NCBI RefSeq assembly: GCF_004010195.1
Contig: NC_057749.1
Coordinates: 8,366,057 to 8,386,056 of the forward strand
Direction of reading: 5' to 3'
DNA from: Chiloscyllium plagiosum
Lineage: Eukaryota
DNA length: 20,000 nucleotides
Numbering within the stretch: position 1 is the first letter of the stretch; the number at the start of each line of letters is the position of its first letter. The notes under the pieces are model-generated. The model was not told the DNA's origin. It was given only the letters and a program-made list of their open reading frames with translations, and searched no databases. This document shows, in pieces, positions 9,776 through 19,777 of the stretch. The position numbers and the translations under genes are program-made.

Positions 9776-11132
9776 AATTAGGTTTCCGCATTCAGATGTG
9801 GAAATTCCTCTGACTATGGCAAGAAACGGACAGACAGGATACAGATTGAGCGACAAACTGGAAACATATTTTTTATTGTTGCTTGGTGTTGATCCCCCCT
9901 TGCTTTTATGTCACCACTGCTGGCATAAAGACAAGGGGAAGGTTTGAAACTGCCTTGAACAATCTGCCCTGCTTTTTTTACCTCAGCTAAGGCGTCTCGC
10001 ACAGACACATGCAATGACAGTAATGCTGCAACTTCACAACATTGAGCAAGTTTAAATGCCATAAAATGATGCTGAATGATTGATGATGCCTTGCATTCCA
10101 GTCCTGCCCGGATTCCTTTCATTAGGCCGATCCATCTCTTTTATTTACTCTACAACTGGGACGACCTGTGACTTCAGTTTGTGGAAGATTTAAAGCAAGT
10201 CAGTCTTCCAAGATACTGCCAAAGCTAAGGGAGTAAAATTTTAAAAAGAGAAGTGCAAGGGCTCCTCTTCCCCCACTTCTGATTTAAGGCAAATTATCAT
10301 AAGGTAAAAAGAAATGGCAGGCGTACTGAAAATCACTGAAGCATAATGTCAAGCATTAATGCCACCTCTCTGGGGACACAGAGAATGATTAAACAGTCAG
10401 TCCATGTACAAACCAGTACCACACAAGGAATCATTTTAATTTGTCTCATGGGAGCATCCTAACTCTGTTCCTTAAATCCATTTATTTTTGGTGTTGTTGT
10501 TGTTGGCATGTGAACATCTTACCTGTTAGAAGGTAGGAGTTAAAATGCCACCATGTGTATACTGAATACAAAGATCAGAGAGAAGCACTGAGTACAGAGG
10601 GTGTTTATCATTAACACACTACGAAATTAAAATCCGGGTGCAATGTGATTAAATCTTCCTGAGTGCTGTTGGTCTGGAAAATAAAGTGCATGCAATACAT
10701 TTCATGGTGCGAATTTTAATGGAATATCATGGAAAATTAAATAAATTGCTGTCCCAGGAAATTGAATCCATTATTTGTCTCAAGGTTATGGCTCTTGGTA
10801 CAAAAGCAGAGTACTGCAGATGGTTTTATGGTTTTGGTCTTGATTCGAGTCTCAATAAAGTCTGGGAACTGAGGGAAAACAGATTGTTAACTTTTTCCAA
10901 AGATTTGACGTGATTGGCTGCCTTTGAATCGCAAGGTTCAGGTTTCAGAGCCCACACACTGCGGCTAAATAAACGGGGGCAACTCTGAGGGAGGTGGCAT
11001 TGCCAAATCCTAATTAAGGTAAATCACTGTCTTCCCCACTTCACTGAAAATGAATAACCACACGGAGAAAGAAGCCCTCAGATTTCTAATCAAATCTGAG
11101 TCAGCAAGCTGAGGATGTGTCTTACCCAGAAA

Positions 11133-11680
11133 CGGTACTGAGGGAGTGCTGAATTGCCAGAAGAAGCATTCTTTCAGATGAGGCTTTAGAACAGGGACAT
11201 CATCTACCCACTCAGATGGAAGTAAAATAACTATTTTGAAGATTAAAAAAGCTGTTCACTCCAGAATTCTGGTCAATTTGCCTGTCAGTCCACATCACTG
11301 AAATAGGTTGCTTGGTTGCTATTTGTGGGATCTTGCTGTGGGCATATTGACGTCTGTGTTTCCAACATCACAACAGTGATCACATTTTTAAAGTACAGGG
11401 CGACCACCATATCCGCGGAATTGGCTTCCGCGGTTTCAGTCATCCGCAGTTTGCCGCGGCCCGAAAATATTACATGGAACATTCCAGAACCAGGAGTCAG
11501 GGGGCTGCTGAGGGATAAATTTCCCATTTAAATGAATGGAGTCGTTACCATCCGCGGTTTCAAGCTTCTGCGTTAGGTCTTGGAACCAAACCCCCCCCCG
11601 CCGCGGACTACTGCACCTCAAAAGGATGCAAACAGCTTTAGGATGTTCCAAGGTGCTATAGAAATGCAAGTCTTTCTTTT
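11133..11680 (+). mobile_element. Deu-domain SINE (AmnSINE/SacSINE-like) interrupted by a MITE
   Basis: GTACTGAGGGAGTGCTG..CTTTCAGATGAG..CTCAGATGGA..TTTGTGGGATCTTGCTGTG..ACAACAGTGA..AAAGTA | CCTCA..GCTATAGAAATGCAAGTCTTTCTTTT. Confidence 0.75.
11396..11613 (+). mobile_element. Tigger7/MER44-like non-autonomous Tc1/mariner-pogo MITE (218 bp)
   Basis: TA|CAG start and GGACTACTG|CA end. Internal TATCCGCGG..TTCCGCGGTTTCAGT..CCGCGGCCCGAAAATATTA and ATCCGCGGTTTCA..GGTCTTGGAAC..CCCCC match the recalled MER44/Tigger7 ends. Confidence 0.75.
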
Positions 11681-12416
11681 CCCCCACAACCAGCATTGGT
11701 AATAAAGCATTAACAGATTGGCGGTGATTGTGTGATCTTACCTCATGCTATATAGCTGCACCATTGATACACTCAAGAAGAACTGTACATCAATGTAATT
11801 CAGAATGGGAAACCCTGGGGATTTATCTAAGGGAAGTGAGAGTCTGCTATATAAATGCCAACTTGCGTTGACTTTTAAATCAGTTTTAATAAATTATACT
11901 GGCTATATTTTCTGTTTTCCATAGCTTAGATAAGCTGCAGATTTATTTAGATTTTCGCATCAATGTGCAGTGTGTCATACCGAGTAAAGTTCCATCGAAA
12001 ACTGGAGTAAAGAAATCACATTTACAAGGAAGTACCATCACGAGTGGCCAAAATCTGAAGACAGGGTGAGAGCAGGGATAACGAACCAGAACAAAACTAT
12101 GGTCAGCCAAATGATTGAAGAAGTTTTATTGTGAGATCACACAAAGGAGTCTCTCGAGATTCTGTGACAAGAACCGAGCTGTGAACCGAGCTAATGGGTT
12201 TTGTGCAGGAGTGTGCTGTTTGGTCGAGGGTGATCAGTTGATGCGCAGCTACCCTTGCAGATAGCTCAAGAATCAAATCCATTGAGTGAAAGAACTGGGA
12301 GAGCCTACCTTCCAGCAGCTGACAAAAGACTGAGATTGCAATGCACGCCCATAACAGCTAAGAACCAGGCATAATATTGTATACACACAGCACTTGGAGC
12401 CCTTTAAGGTGACCAT

Positions 12417-13096
12417 TCATAGAATCCCTACAATGCAGAATCAAGCCATTCAGCCCATTGAGTCCACACCAACCCCGTGAAGAGTATCACACCCAACCAC
12501 CACCTTCACCCTATGTCGCAACATTTCCTATGGCTAATCTATCTAGCCTGCACATCCCTGGACACTATGGACAATCTACCTAACCTGCATATCTTTGGAC
12601 TACGGGATGAAACTGGAGCACCCGGAGAAAACCCACACAGACATGGGGAGGATGTGCAAACTCCAAATGGGCGGCATGGTGGCACAGTGGTTAGCACTGC
12701 TGCCTCACAGCGCCAGAGACCCGGGTTCAATTCCCGCCTCAGGCGACTGTCTGTGTGGAGTTTGCACGTTCTCCCCGTATCTGTGTGGGTTTCCCCTCGG
12801 GTGCTCCGGTTTCCTCCCACAGTCCAAAGATGTGCAGGTCAGGTGAATTGGCCATGCTAAATTGCCTGTAGTGTTAGGTAAGGGGTAAATGTAGGGGTAT
12901 GGGTGGGTTACGCTTCGGCGGGTCGGTGTGGACTTGTTGGGCCGAAGGGCCTCTTTCCACACTGTAATGTAATCTAATCTAATCTAATGTAATCTAATCT
13001 AATCAAATTTACTAACAAGTCGCCTGAGGCTGGAATCGAACACAGGTCCCTGGTGCTCTGAGGCAGCAGTGCTAACCACTGACCCACCGAACCACC
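12417..13096 (-). mobile_element. Older HE1-type V-SINE (12417-12668 plus 13009-13096), split by a younger HE1
   Basis: Tail TCATAGAATCCCTAC; V-domain reverse complement GAAACTGGAGCACCCGGAGAAAACCCAC..GTGCAAACTCC. The head resumes at GTCGCCTGAGGCTGGAATCGAAC..GGCAGCAGTGCTAACCACTG. Confidence 0.85.
12669..13004 (+). mobile_element. Young full-length HE1-type tRNA-derived V-SINE with (TAATC)n tail
   Basis: A-box GTGGCACAGTGG, B-box GGTTCAATTCC, V-domain GTGTGGAGTTTGCACGTTCTCCCCG..GGGTGCTCCGGTTTCCTCCCACAGTCCAAAGA, HER1/CR1-like tail GGGCCGAAGGGCC, CpGs retained. Confidence 0.92.
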
Positions 13097-13585
13097 TTGC
13101 CCACAAAATGGCGTTACTAAACAAACTTTGGCACAAATAATCTCCAACTACCTCCAAACATCCCCAGATCCTCAGTCCCACCAACAATGTGATTATCCAA
13201 CGATTGTAAATGGCTGACAAGGCGAGTCTATCTTTCTAATCATCAAAATGTGGACAAAGGTATTTTACATTGCCATGTTTTGAGTTAATGGAATTTGTTT
13301 TCACTTATGAAAGCTTGTTTTAACATATGAAGGCCCAGTCCCCACCAAGCCTACTGCAATATTAAAATGACCAGTAATTTATGACCAACCCAAACCCCTG
13401 CATTCACACCATCTCCTGAGGTAGACACCAAACAATTCCAAAGAACAGGAGAAAGAAAATTCCTCTCCTTCGTGGGCAATTGAAAGCACCCAAATAGATC
13501 ACACTCAGCAAACATCAGGACGATGTGTGATGAGATTTCTACCCCAACCTATCACCAAGACCTATTCCAAACCGTTTCCAGTGCT

Positions 13586-14472
13586 GAGTTGAAAAGTGTG
13601 GCGCTGGAAAAGCACGGCAGATCAGCCGCCATCCAACATTTCGGGCATAGGCCCTGCATCAGTAATGTAGGGGAGGGAAGGGAGGGCTGAGAGATAAATA
13701 GGAGAGGGCTGCTGGGGCTGTGGGGAAGGTAGGTGGGATGGGTATGGGGGGATAATTGTGATAGGTCAATGGGGAGGTGGAGTGGATAGGTGGATAGGAA
13801 GATAGACAGGTAGATCAGGTCAAGATAGTGCCAACTTGGAGGGCTGGGTCTGGATGTGGTGGGGGGAAGGGGAAATTGACGTTGATGACGTGTGGTGGGA
13901 ACGTCCTAAAGCAGAAGATGAGGCGTTCTTCCCCCAGGTTTCGGGTGGCTTGGGTTTGGCAGTGGAAGTGGCCCAGGACTTGCATGTCCTTGGTGGAGTG
14001 GGAGGGGAAGTTGAAGTGGTCGGCCACAGGGCAGTGGGGCTGTTTGGTACGGGTGTCCTGGAGATGTTCCCTGAAATGCTCCACAGGTTGGCGTTCTGTC
14101 TCCCTGATGTAGAGGAGACCACATCGAGAGCAACGGACGAAGTAGATGAGGTGAGTAGATGTGCGGGAAAATATCTGCCAGGTGTGAAAAGATCTTTTGG
14201 GGGCTTGGACAGAGGTGAGGGGGGAGGTGTGTTTGTAGGTTTTACACCACTTGCGGTGGCAAGGGAAGGTACCAGGAGTCAAGGGTAGGTTGGTGGGGGA
14301 GTAGACCTAATGAGGGAGTCATTAGGAGTCGCAGAGGGAAAGGTCTCTATAGAATGCAGGTAGGGTTGGGGAGGGAAATATATCTCTGATGGTGGGGTCT
14401 GATTGTACAATCCTACAGAGATGTCACCATACAGAACTCTAACTCTCCAGCATCTGCAGTACTCACTTTCTC
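13586..14472 (-). mobile_element. Penelope-like retroelement 3' portion: decayed GIY-YIG endonuclease, 3' UTR and pLTR; the 3' tail is inverted at 14435-14472
   Basis: ORF 13815-14282(-) reads PGTFPCHRKWCKTY..STHLIYFVRCSRCGLLYIRETERQPVEHFREH..PVADHFN..HS, i.e. a decayed Cys linker plus the IY..C..C..YIGET..R..EH GIY-YIG signature. pLTR at 13586-13665. Confidence 0.88.
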
Positions 14473-14792
14473 TCAGTTCCAATTCTGGAATGGACACATT
14501 TACTAAAAGACCTGGCCCTGCCAGTGAAATGATATGTGAGGAAAATGGCTAAGTCAGAGCAGACAGTTTGCAGCAAGGATACAACTTAATGGGTATAACC
14601 ATGACTTTGCTGAACTGTGGGTGAGATCTCTGGTATAGGTACATGATAATCAGAGATGGTATGACATGTCTGTGGAACAGGCAGAACTTAACCCAGACAT
14701 CATTCGAAAAAGAATGGATTAAATTATATAAAATGGACAACACAGCCAAAGGCCATACTGTCTAACTAGTACCACTGATGTTGCTCCTCACA

Positions 14793-15152
14793 GGGGCAGC
14801 ATGGTGGCTCAGTGGTTAACACTACTGCCTCACAGCTGCAGGCACCTGAGTTCGATTCCACCACCAGTTGACTGTCTGTGTGGAGTTTGCACATTCTCCC
14901 TGTATCTGCGTGGATGTCTGCCAGGTGCTCAGGTTTCCTCCCACAGTCCAAAGATGTGTGGGTTAGATGGATTTGTCATGTTACATTGCCCTATAGTGTC
15001 CAGGGATGCGTACGTTAGCTGCCTAAGCTACGGGTCCTGCAGGGGTTACAGGGATAAGGTAGGGGGATGGGCCAGGGTGGGATACTGTTCAGAGGGACGG
15101 TGTGGACTTGTTGAACCGAATGCCCTGTTTCTACGCTGTGGGGATTCTATGA
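14793..15152 (+). mobile_element. HE1-type V-SINE, full length, older
   Basis: GGGGCAGCATGGTGGCTCAGTGGTTAAC (A-box), GAGTTCGATTCC (B-box), V-domain, tail GGGATTCTATGA. Confidence 0.9.
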
Positions 15153-15169
15153 AGTCTCCTCCTATCCTG

Positions 15170-15605
15170 CTTCACACAGCCTTATCGACATAAACGCCTG
15201 TTCCTTTCTGCTGCTTGTACTCAACTAGATTCTTCTTAAATGCATCTCCGCTGTTCCACACAACCACTCCTTGTGATGACAAGTACCGCTCTCCATCCAT
15301 TCTCTGGGGTTCTTCCTCAATTCCCATTTGGATTTTATCATGACTATCCCATACTTATGACCCTGAGCTATCCAATTAGTCTCACTTCCCTCCTCTTTCC
15401 CACAGCCTTGCAAGTTATTCCATTTCAAGTATGCATGCTATTTCCTTGAGAAACTTAGCATGGATGGATTTCCACCATCCTGTCAGCTGATACATTCCAT
15501 GCATAATTATTCGCTTTAAATAAAGCTAATTCTCCTCACCTCTGCTCCGGTTCCTTTCCAACTGATTTCCATTGGTTACTATCCCTCGTGCCACTGGAAA
15601 CAGCT
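15170..15605 (-). mobile_element. Highly decayed CR1-type LINE 3' fragments
   Basis: TTCTTAAATGCATC..ACAACCACTCCTTGTG.. and CTATCCAATTAGTCTCACTTCCC..CCCACAGCCTTGCAA resemble reverse-complemented CR1 3' ends. Confidence 0.45.
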
Positions 15606-15645
15606 TGCACTATGAAAAGCCTCTTTAGTGTGAGCACTGTTATTA

Positions 15646-15974
15646 ATCATAGAATCTCTACACTGTAAAGGCAGGCATTTGAAACCACATTGACCCTCCG
15701 GACTGCATCCCATTCAGACCCAATCCCAACTCTCTAGCCCGGCATTTCCCATGCCTAACCCACTTAGCCTGCAGATCCTTGGACACTATGGGCAATGTAG
15801 CATGGCTAATCCACCTAACCTGCACATCTTTGGGAGGAAACCGGAGCACCCAGAGGAAACCCATGCTGACACGGGGAGAATTTCTGCACAGGCAGTTGCC
15901 CTAAGCTGGAATCAAACCAAAGTCCCTGGCACTGTAAGGCAAGAATGCTAACCACTGAGCCAACATGCCACCCC
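15646..15974 (-). mobile_element. HE1-type V-SINE, full length
   Basis: ATCATAGAATCTCTACACTG..TAGCATGGCTAATCCACCTAACCTGCACATCTTTGG..GGAAACCGGAGCACCC..GCTAACCACTGAGCCAACATGCCACCCC. Confidence 0.9.
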
Positions 15975-16730
15975 GTACGCTCCTCAGTTTTAAGGAGAGC
16001 AACCTTTGTTTCTCCACTATCTCTGTCTCTGTGCAGATTAGGTCTTTCATTTTTGATTCATTTCTGGAAAATCTCATCTGCAGTCCCTCTAAGGAATTCA
16101 ACATCACTGAAAAACCTATGCCCAAAACTAAACACAAAAATACTCCCAGCTGAGACCAAACCAACTTCAACAGTTTTGACAATAAAATCATCAATGATGT
16201 AAAATAAAAATTTTCTCTTCAATATGCCCTGAACATCTGAGGCCTAGTGAGCTACCTTCAAAGAAAATGTTGTGTAAATATTTCTCATACATAATTTAGA
16301 ACCAGGACTCCGATGAGGAACAGTACAGTTTTGATATCAAAAATACAATGATTTGATGTTATTAAACTTGCATAGCCTCATTCAGAGCTCAGCTAACTAT
16401 ATATATAAATCAAATGTTAACTACACCCTCATTCATATCTGTTCGCTTCATCATAGACTTTGTTGTATTTTGCTTTTGAAAAGATCATTTTATCATTCAA
16501 AGTGTTTTCACAGTTCACAAGCAACGAATGACATTTTAATGCTGTCACCTGCTGAGCTGTAAATGTCAAAGAAACCTGTCTGGAACAGACTGGGGAGCAT
16601 TTAATATGGGAAAAGTTTTCAAAACCATGGATAAAGTCAGTTTGGATAAATATGAGAGAATGAAATGGTGTCAATTCCAACCACTACACTTGGTAATACA
16701 GGGTATTAATATGCTGAAAAAAACACAACA

Positions 16731-17553
16731 CAGATTGTTTTGCTATAACGCGATAGTTGTGTTCTTCTGCAACCTTTCGCATAGAAAATCATGCAATGGA
16801 AAACTGCTGTAGAAACCCGCATTATGGAAAAATGCTATAGAAAATCACGCGTTATGGAAAACTGCTACAGAAACCCTCATTATGGAAAACTGCTATTGAA
16901 AATCACACAATGGAAAACTGCTATAGAAAATCGTACTATGGAAAGCTGCTACAGGAAATCGCGCAATGGAAAATTGCTACAGAAACTCACGCAATGGAAA
17001 ACTGCTGTAGAAAATCACAATATGGAAAATTGTGATAGAAAATCATGCTATAAAACTGTGATAGAAAATTGTGTTATGCTATAGAAAATCACGCGTTATG
17101 GAAAACTGCTATAGAAACCTGTGTTATGAAACACTGCTATAGAAAATCGGACTATGAAAAACTGCTATAGATAATCGCGTCAGGGAAAACCACTATAAAA
17201 AATCATGCCATAGAAAACTGCTATAGAAAACTGCTATAGAAACTTGTGCTATGGAAAACTGCAATAGAAAATCACAAAATTGAAAACTGCAATAGAAAAT
17301 CACAATATGGAAAACTGCAATAGAAAATCACACTATGGAAAACTGTTATAGATAATCGCACTAGGCAAAACTGCTATAGAAAATCATGCTATGGAAAACT
17401 GCTACAGAAAATCACACTGTAGAAGATCGCTAATAGAAAATCGTTCTACCTATTCAGTAGAAAGTTTGCATTATCCTAACAAAGTCCACAATTTGTCAAT
17501 CACATTATAGCCAATTCGCACTGACTAAACATGCATTATAGCAGAACAGCTTG
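16731..17553. mobile_element. Tc1/mariner-pogo(Tigger)-type MITE with an internal minisatellite
   Basis: Imperfect TIRs: CA|CAGATTGTTTTGCTATAACGCG (16729-16752) versus the reverse complement of the right end, TA|CAAGCTGTTCTGCTATAATGCA (17532-17555); 17/24 identical. TA-type target site. Confidence 0.7.
16781..17447. repeat. Minisatellite, ~23 copies of a 28-bp dimeric unit ATGGAAAACTGCT + ATAGAAAATCRCRCT
   Basis: Units read directly, alternating 13-bp and 15-bp related monomers. Confidence 0.95.
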
Positions 17554-17589
17554 TACGTTTGTGTGCATCGGAAGTTACGTCTATCATAA

Positions 17590-18575
17590 CAACATAAGAA
17601 TCCTCGAGCAGGAGGAGGCTATTCCCCTTGAGCCTGTTCTCCTATCCAATATGATCATGGCTGACCTCATCTCGGCCTCGACTCTACTTTTCTAGCCATT
17701 GTCCACAACAGTGGAGGGTTTGAGTTATGAGGAGAGGTTGGGTCGGCTGGAGCTATTTTCATTGGAGCATAGGAAGTTGAGAGGTGACCTTATAGAAATT
17801 TATAAAATCATAAGGGGTATAGGTAAGGTGAATAGCAGGTGCATTTATCCTAGGGTGGGGGATTTCAAAAGTAGGGGTCATATTTTTAAGAGGAGAGGAG
17901 AAAGAATTTAAAAAGACATGAAGGGCATTTTTTTTACACAGAGAATAGTTCATGTGTGGAATGAACTTCCAGAGGAAGTGGTGGATCTGGGTACAGTTGC
18001 AACAGTTCAAAGACATTTGGATAAGTACATGAATAAGAAATGTTTGGAGGGATATGGACCAAGCGCAGGTGGGATGAGTTTTGTTTGAGATTATGGTTGG
18101 CCATGGACTGGTTGGACCAAAGGATCTGTTTCGGTGCAGTACGAATCTAAGACGCTTTAACCCTTCAAACCGATGCTAATTAAATATCTATCTCCCCCTT
18201 AAATTTACTCAAAGTCTTGGAATTGCACAGATCATAGGCACAGAGGAAACATATCTTGTATGTCTACTTTGTCAATCTCCTTTAGAGTCTTATATACCTC
18301 AATTAGAATCCTAATTCTTCTAAACTCCACAGAGTATGTGCCTAAACTACTCAATCCCTCACTGTAAGACACAGCCCTCATCGCTGAAATCAATTTAGTG
18401 AATTTCCTGTGAACTGTATCCAATGCAACTGTATCCCTCCTCAACTTAGGTGACCAACATTGTATTCAACACTCCAGGTGCAGTCTCACCAGTACCTTGT
18501 ACAGTTGCAGCAACACTTCCCTGTTTTTATACTCTGCTCCCTTAGCAAGAAACACCAAAATTACATTTGTCTTTC
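17590..18575 (-). mobile_element. Older CR1 LINE 3' region (17590-17700 and ~18155-18575), split by a younger CR1
   Basis: Tail AACATAAGAA..GAGCAGGAGGAGGCTATTC..ATGATCATGGCTGA. ORF 18232-18444(-) reads RRDTVALDTVHRKFTKLISAMRAVSYSEGLSSLGTYSVEFRR..LIEVYK. Confidence 0.8.
17705..18153 (+). mobile_element. CR1/HER1-type LINE 3' fragment
   Basis: ORF 17699-17911 reads EGLSYEERLGRLELFSLEHRKLRGDLIEIYKIIRG. 3' UTR ends GGTTGGACCAAAGGATCTGTTTCGGTGCAGTACGAATCTAAGAC. Confidence 0.9.
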
Positions 18576-18589
18576 TTCTTAATTTATCG

Positions 18590-18950
18590 ATAGACAGGGC
18601 CTTGTTCTTTGTAGACAGAAAGGACATATATGTATACAGCACCCTGTTTTAACTCAACAAAATAGGTGACAGCCATTTGCTGATTCATTTGTCAGGGCAA
18701 CACATTGATCAAACACTGTCAATCTGCCTTGTTCAAAAGTTAAACAAAGCTTGATGGTTAGCTGGCAATCATCATTGTCTAGTGTGTTCTTTATGACAAT
18801 GCCTTAATCAGAATCCTCATGCCAATCAATCAGCACTCTCCTCCCATATAATATAAATGTTGGTTTTCTCCTTAAATTGGTATTCTTGTGAACTGTCCTG
18901 AAAAGTGACAGACAAAGTTCTTCGACAAAATCATTTTCATCAATACTGCA
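18590..18950 (+). mobile_element. Second Penelope-like family: ORF C-terminus, 3' UTR and decayed hammerhead
   Basis: 18595-18621 translates QGLVLCRQK (recalled PLE C-terminal LCxQK motif). The 3' end is homologous to 6795-6942. Motif TGTC-CTGAAAA-GTGACAGAC-AAAG-TTCTTC-GACA at 18894-18927. Confidence 0.55.
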
Positions 18951-19224
18951 TTGTCCTTCCTTTTTTCTTGGGTGATAAAGCGAAAACTTCTATTCAGAAA
19001 CAAGATCTTTGGTAACATTAAAACATTCCAAAGTGCTTCTCTGCCAGACACTAATGAAGTGCACAACAGGCAATTTGTACAAAGTATTGCTCCACAAGCA
19101 ACAATCCTTTTCCCCGATAGTCTTGTGGGATAAGACATAACCCCCAAAGCCCCCCTTTCTTGGATGGGAGTAAATGATCCCTTTGAAGAAGCAGAGGGAA
19201 GGGTCTGCTCAGTCTCCTGCCAAT

Positions 19225-19348
19225 TCTGTTTCTATTGAATTCAAATTCCACCATCTGCTATAGTAGATTTCAATGCCGGGTCTGCAGAACAATACCTGGG
19301 TCACTGGATTAACTTTCCAGTAATAATGCCATTGGACCACTCCTGCCC
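19225..19348 (-). mobile_element. 5' part of the tRNA-SINE family of 3051-3396
   Basis: ATTGAATTCAAATTCCACCATCTGC..CTGGATTAAC..CCAGTAATAATGCCA. Confidence 0.6.
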
Positions 19349-19394
19349 AATTTGTAACCGAAACCACTAAATCAACTCATCTGATCATCATCAA

Positions 19395-19560
19395 AATGCT
19401 GTCCGTGGGATTTGTTGAGTTGCAACTACATGTCTGAGCTACACCTCAGAAGTGACCTTATCTAAAGCACTGCTGTGCTTTTCCAGCACCACACTTTTTG
19501 AATTTAGGGCAGCCTTCCATTTGTAAAAGGTGCTATATAAGTGCAAGTCTTCCTTTCTTT
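19395..19560 (+). mobile_element. Decayed Deu-SINE tail with a small pLTR fragment inserted (~19465-19500)
   Basis: TGCTGTCCGTGGGAT..CTACACCTCAGAAGT..GTAAAAGGTGCTATATAAGTGCAAGTCTT; insert CTGCTGTGCTTTTCCAGCACCACACT. Confidence 0.5.
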
Positions 19561-19777
19561 GTAGTAGCCAAGAAAGAAACATGTGTCATGTGAGCTATCC
19601 TATCTCCCATTCAGAGGGGAGTCAGGGTGTCTGTTTAATACCTCACTGGAAATGTCAATCCGATTGAGCACTCAAATTTCTGGATTAGGGCTTGAATCCA
19701 CAGTCTTGTACTTCAGAGGCAGAAAAAAAAGGCATTCTGAATCAGCAGTGAATCATCTCAACAAACAGTGCCCAAAA

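Noticed and set aside
12171..12192. GAACCGAGCT direct repeat (two copies)
   Set aside because: Ordinary 12-bp slippage duplication.
12477..13220. Cluster of overlapping ORFs and a tRNA-like sequence
   Set aside because: All lie within HE1 SINEs. The A/B boxes belong to the SINE head, not to a tRNA gene.
13670..13870. G-run-rich, G-quadruplex-like tract
   Set aside because: It is the antisense of the C-rich 3' UTR of the Penelope-like element, a family trait also seen at 19900-20000.
13815..14282. Functional or domesticated GIY-YIG nuclease
   Set aside because: Motif residues are mutated (YIRET for YIGET, conserved Arg lost, linker Cys lost), there is no RT upstream, and the copy is truncated.
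16047..16210. Possible plus-strand terminal exon (strong acceptor TCTCTGTCTCTGTGCAG, AATAAA at 16181 and ~16203)
   Set aside because: No recognisable peptide and no supported upstream exon. These signals are common by chance in AT-rich DNA.
16791..17084. 97-aa repetitive ORF
   Set aside because: Chance translation of a 28-bp repeat whose length is not a multiple of 3.
16781..17447. CRISPR-like array (conserved ~23-nt part plus variable part)
   Set aside because: The variable part is only ~5 nt and is explained by CpG decay. There are no unique spacers and no cas genes, and the context is eukaryotic.
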